A DNA stretch of 34,899 nucleotides from an uncultured Dehalococcoidaceae bacterium (GCA_964597015.1 CAZQWO010000002.1:3739-38637); one strand, 5' to 3'; shown: positions 9,845 to 16,825, counted from the stretch's first letter. A program made the numbers and translations. Notes: generated from the letters alone by a model not told the origin.

Positions 9845-10492
9845 ATGAAGGTTGTCTTTATTGAAGATGTGCCCGGTGTGGCCGAGGCTGGAGAAATCAA
9901 GGAAGTAGCCGATGGCTATGGACGCAATTACCTTATTCCCAGAAAGCTGGCCGTTCTGGCCGATGCCCGGGCAACAGAGATAGTGGAGGCGCAGAAGAAA
10001 AGGAAAGACCGGATTGAGGCGGAAATGGAGGCGGAGATGCGGGAGCTGGCCGGGAAGCTGGAAGGGCTGGAAATAGTCATCAAGGCCAAGGCAGGCGCCA
10101 AGGACAGGCTGTACGGGTCAATCACCAATGCCGATATTGCCGAGGAGCTGAACAAAAGCGCCGGTCTGGAGGTTGATAAGAGAAAAATCGAGCTCGAAAC
10201 ACCTATCCATGAGATAGGCAGCTATGACATACCCATCAGGCTGACCAAGGACATCATTCCCAGGATAAAGCTCAGCGTCGTCGAGGAGGAGGTGGCGGAG
10301 GGAAAGGAGAAGACGGAAGCCAAGCCTAAGAAGGAGAAAAAGGCAAGGAAGAAGGTAGCAAAGACGGAGAAGGCGACGAAAGAAACGAAGGTGGAGAAGG
10401 CGACGGAAGAGGTGGAGACTGAGGCACAAGAGGAAAAAGTAGTGGCAGAAGCGCAGGCTGAGGTCGAAGAGGAGACGGAGCAGAGTGGTTAA
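9845..10492 (+). CDS. rplI: 50S ribosomal protein L9 with a roughly 70-aa Lys/Glu-rich C-terminal extension
   Basis: MKVVFIEDVPGVAEAGEIKEVADGYGRNYLIPRKLA is the canonical L9 N-domain. It is 215 aa, against about 150 aa for typical L9. Confidence 0.9.
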   Translation: MKVVFIEDVPGVAEAGEIKEVADGYGRNYLIPRKLAVLADARATEIVEAQKKRKDRIEAEMEAEMRELAGKLEGLEIVIKAKAGAKDRLYGSITNADIAEELNKSAGLEVDKRKIELETPIHEIGSYDIPIRLTKDIIPRIKLSVVEEEVAEGKEKTEAKPKKEKKARKKVAKTEKATKETKVEKATEEVETEAQEEKVVAEAQAEVEEETEQSG

Positions 10493-11870
10493 CGATAGAT
10501 TGCCTCCGCATGACCTTGATGCCGAGGAAGCCATCATCGGTTCGCTGCTTATCGATGGCACGGCGATATATAAAATCGCCACCCATCTGAGTAAGACGGA
10601 CTTCTACCATGAGCGCAACCAGTGGCTGTTCGAGGCTTGCCAGGCGCTCTATGAGCGCAACGAGGCGATAAACCAGATTACCGTGGCGCAGGAACTGGCC
10701 AGGAGGGACAAGCTGGAAGCAGCCGGTGGCGCCGCATTCCTGAGCCACCTGATTTCCGTGTGCCCGACGCCGCTGGACATCGAGCACTACGCCCAGATTG
10801 TCAACCGGCTCTCCATTATGCGTGGACTTATCGGCGCTGCCGACCAGATTTCCCGTGTTGGCTACGAAGCCGGTCCGGACGTTGACACCAGTCTCAGCCG
10901 GGCGGAGGACATCCTGTTCCGGCTGCGACACGGACACGGTGAGCGCGATTTCGTTCACATCCGTCAGGTGCTGGACCAGTATTTTGAAGCGGTGCCGCCT
11001 GAGGAAGAAGGCCGCGCTCGTGAGCAGATACCCTACGTGCTTTCCAACTTCGTCGGCCTCGATGAATTCCTGGGCGGTTTTCAGCGCTCCGACCTGATTA
11101 TCATTGCCGGCCGACCCAGTATGGGAAAAACGAGTTTGGGTCTCAGTATTGCCCGTAATGTAGCCGTGGAACAAAAAGCTTGTGTGGCGCTGTTCAGCCT
11201 GGAAATGGCCAGGGACTCGGTCATTCTGCGCTTTCTGGCCAGTGAATCCGGGGTGAACTCACGGCGGGTCAGGTTCGGACTGCATACCGAGGACGAGGAG
11301 AGGCGTATCATGGAGGCCACCGGCGTCCTTTCCGAGTCAGCCATATTCATTGATGACTCTCCGCAGTTGCGGGTGGTGGAAATGCGCAGTAAGGCCCGCC
11401 GACTCCACTTCGAGCGGGGACTGGACCTGATTATCGTTGATTACCTGCAGTTGATGGGGGGCGAGGGGCGGGGTGAAAACCGCGTTCAGGAAATCAGTTA
11501 CATCTCGCGCTCTCTCAAAGCGCTTTCCCGCGAGCTGAATGTGCCGGTGATTGCCGTATCACAGCTCAGCCGGGCGGTGGAATGGCGCGCATCACACATT
11601 CCGCAGCTGGCTGACCTCAGGGAAAGCGGCAGCATTGAGCAGGATGCCGATGTGGTGATATTCATTTACCGCGATGAATATTATCACAACGAGGAGGAGT
11701 GGCAGCTGCAGCATCCCGACCGTGAGTACCCGCGGGAAGAGGCTGATATTATGATAGCCAAAAATAGAAATGGTCCCACCGGCCAGATTAAGCTGCGTTT
11801 TCGGCACAACCTGGCCACGTTTTATAATTATGAATACCCGGTAAGTAGCGAAGAGCCGACGTTGCTATGA
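10485..11870 (+). CDS. dnaB: Replicative DNA helicase DnaB
   Basis: PPHDLDAEEAIIGSLL N-terminus, Walker A GRPSMGKTS, IIVDYLQLM Walker B and SQLSRAVE motifs. GTG start overlaps the rplI stop by 8 nt. Confidence 0.92.
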   Translation: MVNDRLPPHDLDAEEAIIGSLLIDGTAIYKIATHLSKTDFYHERNQWLFEACQALYERNEAINQITVAQELARRDKLEAAGGAAFLSHLISVCPTPLDIEHYAQIVNRLSIMRGLIGAADQISRVGYEAGPDVDTSLSRAEDILFRLRHGHGERDFVHIRQVLDQYFEAVPPEEEGRAREQIPYVLSNFVGLDEFLGGFQRSDLIIIAGRPSMGKTSLGLSIARNVAVEQKACVALFSLEMARDSVILRFLASESGVNSRRVRFGLHTEDEERRIMEATGVLSESAIFIDDSPQLRVVEMRSKARRLHFERGLDLIIVDYLQLMGGEGRGENRVQEISYISRSLKALSRELNVPVIAVSQLSRAVEWRASHIPQLADLRESGSIEQDADVVIFIYRDEYYHNEEEWQLQHPDREYPREEADIMIAKNRNGPTGQIKLRFRHNLATFYNYEYPVSSEEPTLL

Positions 11871-12577
11871 GTCAGTTCAGCGGATTTCCAGCCAGGATGG
11901 AATTCACCCCCATCCCCAATTATTTCCTCAATGTCCTGCTGCCCGAAATTGATGATATCCAGGAATTGAGAACGACCCTGCATGTGCTGGCGGCGTTATA
12001 CCGGAAAAAGGGCCAGCCACGCTTTGTCAGCTATCACGAATTGCTGGGGAATGACGGGCTGATAAAAAGCCTGAAAGAAGGTGGTGAAGCGCCGGAGGAA
12101 ACGCTGCGCCGGGCATTGCAGACGGCCAGCCAGCGGGGAATTTTTATCCATATCGTTCTGGACAGCGACGGGTCGACCGAGGACATCTACCTGCTCAATA
12201 CCGAATCGGACCGCAAAGCCGCCGCCAGAATCGAAAGCGGCGAAATTAAATTGAGCGGACTCATAGCCATTGCGAAGCCAAGCGCTGAACCTGAAGAACT
12301 GCCGGATATATTCACCCTGTATGAACAGAATATCGGCATGCTGACGCCGATAATTGCCGACGAACTAAAAGAGGCGGAAAAGCTGTACCCTGAGAGCTGG
12401 CTCAGGGACGCCATCAAAGAAGCGGTGGCGCTCAACAAGCGGAACATCCGCTATATTATGCGTATTCTGGAACGCTGGTCGACCGAAGGGAAGACTGATG
12501 GAACATATCAGCGAGTTTCTAAGACAGACCCGGATAAATACATCAAGGGAAAATACGGACACATGGTCCGACGTTGA
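11867..12577 (+). CDS. DnaD-domain replication initiation/primosome protein
   Basis: C-terminal YEQNIGMLTPIIADELKEAEKLYPESWLRDAIKEAVALNKRNIRYIMRILERW matches the DnaD/DnaB_2 repeat. ATGA overlap with the dnaB stop. Confidence 0.7.
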   Translation: MSQFSGFPARMEFTPIPNYFLNVLLPEIDDIQELRTTLHVLAALYRKKGQPRFVSYHELLGNDGLIKSLKEGGEAPEETLRRALQTASQRGIFIHIVLDSDGSTEDIYLLNTESDRKAAARIESGEIKLSGLIAIAKPSAEPEELPDIFTLYEQNIGMLTPIIADELKEAEKLYPESWLRDAIKEAVALNKRNIRYIMRILERWSTEGKTDGTYQRVSKTDPDKYIKGKYGHMVRR

Positions 12578-13904
12578 GGAAGCCCCTTCGCCGAGCGCCA
12601 GCTGTCCCATCTGCAAGGGTGCCGGGGTGGTGCACCCGCGTTTGCCTTCCGGGAAGCCGGATTACAGCCGGGTGGTGCCCTGTCGGTGCCTGAAAAAGGG
12701 GCTTGATGACGAGCGCCTGGCACGCCTGAGACGCTACAGCAACCTGGGAACACTCGCCCGGTTTACCTTCGAGAACCTGGAGCCAAGGGGGAGGGGTGGG
12801 AACCCGAAGAGTCAGGAGCAGTACCAGCGTGTCTATGAGGCGGCTCAGGCATTCGCCGCCGACCCGAAAGGGTGGCTTGTCCTCATCGGCCCCAGCGGCA
12901 GCGGCAAGACGCACCTGGCGGCAGGCATTGCCAACGAGCGCATCAGAGGCGGTTTTCCCGCTTTCTATATAACGGCTCCCGACCTTCTCGACCACCTGCG
13001 GGCCGCCTTCAGCCCCGGCAGCGAGATACCCTATGATGAGTTCTTCGACCAGGTCAGAAACGCCCCGCTGTTGATTCTGGACGATTTTGGCGTTCAGACC
13101 AGCACGCCATGGGCCCGGGAGAAGCTCGACCAGCTGCTGACCTATCGCTTCAACAGCCAACTGCCCACGGTTATCGTGCCCATCGTGCCGCTGGCACAGA
13201 TTGACGAGAGGCTACAGACCCGCCTGGCCGACCCTGAAATGAGCACGGTCTGCATGATTGAAGAGAAGCAACCTGTATCTCTGGACTATGCTTGGGGGTC
13301 GGAATTCGAGCTGCAGAAAGGCATGACTTTTGAAAACTTTGACCGGAGACGGGTTAACCTGCCGCTAGAAAAACAAGAAAACTTGGAAGAGGCTTATCGG
13401 ATTGCTTTTGAATTTGCGAAATCACCTGAAGACTGGATAATGTTTATGGGTGAGTCTGGATGTGGTAAAACACACCTGGCCGCGGCCATCGTAAACTATC
13501 GTTATCAGGCCAACAAGCCGGCACTATTTGTCGTTGTATCTGATTTCCTTGACCACCTGCGGTCGACATTCAGTCCGGACAGCAAGATATCTTATGACCA
13601 GTTGTTTGAAAAAGTAAAGACGGCGCCATTGCTTGTTTTAGATGACTTTGGTGAACAGACAACAACTCACTGGGTCAAGGAGAAACTATATCAGGTTATA
13701 AACTACCGCTATAATGCTAAGCTGCCAACAGTGATAACTACACGATATTCACCTGACGAGATAATAGAAAATCTGGAAAGTTCCATTAGCTCACGGTTGG
13801 TTGATAATAAAATCAGCAATGCCTTCAATATCACCGTGCCGGATTATCGGACTGATGCCGCCAGCCAGAGGAAGACTGCCCGCCGCGAGCGGAGAGGGCG
13901 CTAA
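12498..13904 (+). CDS. Helicase-loader-like protein: Zn-ribbon plus two tandem DnaC/DnaI/IstB-type AAA+ modules
   Basis: CPICKGAG..CRC near the N-terminus. Module 1 has GPSGSGKTH, LLILDDFG and QTRL. Module 2 has GESGCGKTH, LLVLDDFG, PTVITT and SSRL. This is the only canonical start, and it lies 80 nt inside the preceding gene. Confidence 0.8.
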   Translation: MEHISEFLRQTRINTSRENTDTWSDVEEAPSPSASCPICKGAGVVHPRLPSGKPDYSRVVPCRCLKKGLDDERLARLRRYSNLGTLARFTFENLEPRGRGGNPKSQEQYQRVYEAAQAFAADPKGWLVLIGPSGSGKTHLAAGIANERIRGGFPAFYITAPDLLDHLRAAFSPGSEIPYDEFFDQVRNAPLLILDDFGVQTSTPWAREKLDQLLTYRFNSQLPTVIVPIVPLAQIDERLQTRLADPEMSTVCMIEEKQPVSLDYAWGSEFELQKGMTFENFDRRRVNLPLEKQENLEEAYRIAFEFAKSPEDWIMFMGESGCGKTHLAAAIVNYRYQANKPALFVVVSDFLDHLRSTFSPDSKISYDQLFEKVKTAPLLVLDDFGEQTTTHWVKEKLYQVINYRYNAKLPTVITTRYSPDEIIENLESSISSRLVDNKISNAFNITVPDYRTDAASQRKTARRERRGR

Positions 13905-13972
13905 GACAGTTCGGCGGCTTTTAAGATAGCCGCAAAAGGCTTTTAATCTTTCGGGAGAAACATACAACTCTG

Positions 13973-15421
13973 TTAGCGTTTTAAACCATCGGCTACGGAG
14001 CGTCCCAGCTCCAGGTCAGCCTTGGACAGGTTCTCAATTACCCGCTGCTGGACTGGCTTCTTGATGTGCATAAGGTCCGCAATGAGATTATCTACCAGGT
14101 GCTCCTTATCCATCTTGCTTAAGGAACGATATTTCTCTCCAGCCTGTGCGAAATCGTTCGTTTGGCTGATTTTCTGCCGGGCCACTTCTCCCTCAAGCCA
14201 GTATTTGCGGGGGGTGCCTTCCTCAGGAGCCTCTTCTGGCGCATCACTAACCAGGCTACTGGGCTCATAGTTGACCGGGCCACTGAACTCCCCAATCTGC
14301 ATGGCTCCGTCGCGCTGGTTGTTGCTAGCCTCAACGGGTGGGCGATTGATGGGAAGTTGCAGGTAATTCGGCCCTAGCCGGTGGCGCTGAGTATCAGCGT
14401 AGGAGAATGTTCGACCCTGAAGAAGCTTGTCGGCCGAAAAATCAATTCCTGGAACGATACTGGCGGGGCAGAAAGCCGCCTGCTCCACTTCGGCAAAGAA
14501 ATTTTCCGGATTGCGGTTGAGCACCATTTTGCCGACCGCCATAAGTGGTAGCTTGTCCTCAGGCCACGTCTTGGTGGGGTCTAGTGGGTCGAAGTCTTGT
14601 TTAAGCTCATCGGCGATATCCATCAACTGCACGTTTAGCTCGTACTCAACCTCTTGGCCACTGGCGATGGCATCATGAAGGTCACGGGTAAGATAATCAG
14701 GGTCGACACCCGCCAGGCGTGTTGCTTCATGCCGGTCGAGGTTCTGCACACCCAGTTTTGGCTTCCAGTGGTATTTCACATACATCGCTTTTCCCTCAGC
14801 ATTCACCCACACATAGGTGTTGACGCCAAAGCCCTCTTGCATTCGGTAACTTTTTGGCGTGCCGCGGTCAGAAAAGAGCCAGATAATCATATGCGTTGAT
14901 TCTGGCGTCAGGGATATGAAGTCCCAAAAACGGTTATGCGCGGAAGACGCTGATGGTATGTTGTTATCCGGTGCACCCTTGAAGGCGTGAACCATATCGG
15001 GAAACTTTATCGCGTCCCGGATGAAAAATACCGGTAGATTGTTCCCAACCAGGTCGTAGTTGCCCTCCTCGGTGTAGAACTTAACGGCGAAACCCCGGGG
15101 GTCCCGTACCGTATCGGCGGAGCCCCGCCCCCCTGTTACCGTGGAAAACCGTAAAAATACCGGGGTCTTTTTCGCCGGGTCTTGAAGGAATTTTGCCTTA
15201 GTATAAGGTTTCATGCTCTTGTAAACCTGAAAGTAGCCATGTGCACCCGCTCCCTTGGCATGGACAACTCTTTCGGGGATACGCTCCCTGTCAAAGTGGG
15301 CCATCTTTTCCACGAACTGGACATCCTGTAACAGGACTGGACCACGCTCGCCAACGGTCAATGAGTTCTGGTTGTCAGTGACCGGCACACCTTGATTTGT
15401 AGTAAGATATTTACCTTTCAT
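13973..15421 (-). CDS. katA: Monofunctional heme catalase (small-subunit type)
   Basis: FDRERIPERVVHAKGAGAHGYF (distal His), RFSTV.G, FDLTK-like and RLGPNY (proximal Tyr region). 482 aa. AAGGAGGG Shine-Dalgarno sequence. Confidence 0.92.
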   Translation of the reverse strand: MKGKYLTTNQGVPVTDNQNSLTVGERGPVLLQDVQFVEKMAHFDRERIPERVVHAKGAGAHGYFQVYKSMKPYTKAKFLQDPAKKTPVFLRFSTVTGGRGSADTVRDPRGFAVKFYTEEGNYDLVGNNLPVFFIRDAIKFPDMVHAFKGAPDNNIPSASSAHNRFWDFISLTPESTHMIIWLFSDRGTPKSYRMQEGFGVNTYVWVNAEGKAMYVKYHWKPKLGVQNLDRHEATRLAGVDPDYLTRDLHDAIASGQEVEYELNVQLMDIADELKQDFDPLDPTKTWPEDKLPLMAVGKMVLNRNPENFFAEVEQAAFCPASIVPGIDFSADKLLQGRTFSYADTQRHRLGPNYLQLPINRPPVEASNNQRDGAMQIGEFSGPVNYEPSSLVSDAPEEAPEEGTPRKYWLEGEVARQKISQTNDFAQAGEKYRSLSKMDKEHLVDNLIADLMHIKKPVQQRVIENLSKADLELGRSVADGLKR

Positions 15422-15471
15422 GGTGCCCTCCTTTTCTTATTTTATAGGGCTGTTTTACACGTTAGACTTTG

Positions 15472-15499
15472 ATTTTACTACCTTTTAATATATTGTCAA
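15472..15499 (-). promoter_or_regulatory. Candidate catalase promoter TTGACA-N16-TAAAAT
   Basis: The minus strand reads TTGACAATATATTAAAAGGTAGTAAAAT, about 50 nt upstream of the catalase ATG. Confidence 0.45.
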
Positions 15500-15664
15500 T
15501 ACCCGCCGATGCGTATATATTTAAGTCTTTAAAAAATTGGCAGTAGAAACCTTTAGGTGAATAAGTTGGGCTCTTGATTGGTATGTAGGAATGGGCAATA
15601 AATTAGCAGATGAATTGTCATGGTAGGCTTGAACAGAAAGGTCGCCAAAATTTAAGGCTAAAAG

Positions 15665-15710
15665 TGGTACCCCTGTCACGACCCGAACGCACGTCAGGCA
15701 GTTCAGGAAT
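15665..15710 (-). pseudogene. Degenerate 3' half of a tRNA-Arg(CCU)-like gene ending in CCA
   Basis: The minus strand reads ATTCCTGAACTGCCTGACGTGCGTTCGGGTCGTGACAGGGGTACCA. This aligns block-wise with the anticodon loop, T-arm and acceptor 3' strand of the intact tRNA at 16753..16825. No matching 5' half lies upstream. Confidence 0.5.
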
Positions 15711-15775
15711 GTGTCAGGTGATGTCCTGTTGTTCACATCCCGTTAGTAAAACGCTAGCGGAAGAGATTGGCCTAT

Positions 15776-16216
15776 TTACTCGTAGGCTTTAACGCCAACC
15801 AGCGCTACTTCCTCGTCCTCGTCTTGATGGCGGCCGCTGGTGCCTACGGCACCAACCGTATAGCCTTCCTTTGTCCTGATAAGGTTGCCCCCGGGGATAA
15901 GCGTCAATCTGTCAGGCTCACAGAAATCGGTGGCTTTAAGTCCCATCTTTGCCAGCATGTCGCGGGTGGTTCTGGTGTCCCGTTTGAACGCTATGGCGCT
16001 CCAGGCTTTATATTCAGCCATACGCCGGTTAACCAGAGAGGCCTGAGGCACTCTGGCAAAGCACATAAGAACACCACACTCGTCCACTACGGCCAGGGCC
16101 ATACCCCGGCCTGGCTTGGTCACCGTCGTGTACTCCACCATGGCGTCAACAATCTTACGAGCTTGCTCCAGGGTCAAACTGCCCGGGCGTACCGGTTCAC
16201 TTGATATCTGGCTCAT
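15776..16216 (-). CDS. GlcG/HbpS-like (DUF336) heme-binding family protein
   Basis: LTLEQARKIVDA....A..G..MA.AVVDE.G.L......P.A........KA.SA..F...T and GG.LI...G..VGAVG.SG match the DUF336 pattern. The ATG at 16216 lies 8 nt after GGAGG; the ORF-track GTG at 16225 sits inside the Shine-Dalgarno sequence. Confidence 0.75.
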   Translation of the reverse strand: MSQISSEPVRPGSLTLEQARKIVDAMVEYTTVTKPGRGMALAVVDECGVLMCFARVPQASLVNRRMAEYKAWSAIAFKRDTRTTRDMLAKMGLKATDFCEPDRLTLIPGGNLIRTKEGYTVGAVGTSGRHQDEDEEVALVGVKAYE

Positions 16217-16221
16217 TTTTA

Positions 16222-16284
16222 ACACCTCCTCGGACTAATATTACTACCATTTCAATATTTAAGTATAGTACCCCTGGCGCGACT
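16222..16284 (-). repeat. Direct repeat copy A: 16 nt of tRNA-Arg 3' end plus 47-nt flank/leader
   Basis: 59/63 identical to 16706..16768 in the same orientation. 16269..16284 equals tRNA positions 58-73. Confidence 0.9.
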
Positions 16285-16311
16285 TTCATCTGGAGATATC
16301 TGGTTCAGAAG

Positions 16312-16701
16312 CTAATCGCTGACTTCCAGCAGCTCAATCAATATATCTTCGGGGCTGACAAGGAAGGCTATTTTAGTGGTGGGGCTGATTGATTTTATCT
16401 CCTGCACAATCTTTATCCCTTTCGCCTTCATCTCGGCCACGGCTTCTTCAATGTTGTTGGTTCTGAGTCCAAAGTGCTCAAGCCCACAGCCATCGGGTAG
16501 TGTATTTGGTACCAGTGGCTCGGGTCTTGGCTGAGTCGCCTTGATTGACACCCCGTCAAGCGCCACTGACACAAGAGTGCGCCCATCGGGGAGTTCAAGG
16601 AAGCCATCCTGTTTGGCACCAAAGATTTTTTTGTAGAAATCGGCTGTAGTAACGGGGTCCTTGCTGACCAGATGAACGTGGTCAAACCAGTATTTAGGCA
16701 T
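16312..16701 (-). CDS. VOC (glyoxalase) family protein
   Basis: 129 aa. FDHVHLVSKDPVTTADFYKKIFGA N-terminal VOC motif and EHFGL second-half metal-ligand-like block. GGAGGTGT leader. Confidence 0.75.
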   Translation of the reverse strand: MPKYWFDHVHLVSKDPVTTADFYKKIFGAKQDGFLELPDGRTLVSVALDGVSIKATQPRPEPLVPNTLPDGCGLEHFGLRTNNIEEAVAEMKAKGIKIVQEIKSISPTTKIAFLVSPEDILIELLEVSD

Positions 16702-16705
16702 TCAG

Positions 16706-16768
16706 ACACCTCCTCGGATTACTATTACTACCATTTTAATATTTAAGTAAAGTACCCCTGGCGCGACT
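16706..16768 (-). repeat. Direct repeat copy B (overlaps the 3' end of the intact tRNA-Arg gene)
   Basis: See copy A. The offset between the copies is 484 nt. Confidence 0.9.
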
Positions 16769-16825
16769 CGAACGCGCGCACGCGGTTTAGGAAACCGCTG
16801 CTCTGTCCACCTGAGCTACAGGGGC
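16753..16825 (-). tRNA. tRNA-Arg (anticodon CCU), 73 nt, CCA not encoded
   Basis: Hand-folded cloverleaf of GCCCCTGTAGCTCAGGTGGACAGAGCAGCGGTTTCCTAAACCGCGTGCGCGCGTTCGAGTCGCGCCAGGGGTA. D stem GCTC/GAGC, anticodon stem GCGGT/ACCGC with loop TTCCTAA, T stem GCGCG/CGCGC with TTCGAGT. The acceptor stem has a G1-U72 wobble. Confidence 0.85.

Noticed and set aside
10290-10480. A purine-rich, repetitive DNA tract that could be taken for a tandem repeat, a CRISPR-like array or a non-coding spacer.
   Set aside because: It is in frame with rplI and encodes the Lys/Glu tail. Only one 17-nt near-repeat is present, with no regular spacer/repeat periodicity.
10485-11870. An intein or insertion in DnaB.
   Set aside because: 461 aa is the normal DnaB length. 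The Walker A to C-terminal motifs are contiguous, with no extra domain.
13914-13933. A GCGGCT-N8-AGCCGC hairpin between the convergent loader and catalase genes, as a possible terminator.
   Set aside because: The stem is only 6 bp, with no adjacent U-tract on the minus strand and a displaced one on the plus strand. This is too weak to call.
15521-15736. A 71-aa ORF in the gap between the catalase and GlcG-like genes.
   Set aside because: It has no Shine-Dalgarno sequence and spans the degenerate tRNA fragment and AT-rich promoter DNA. The sequence has no domain-like features. It is more parsimoniously non-coding.
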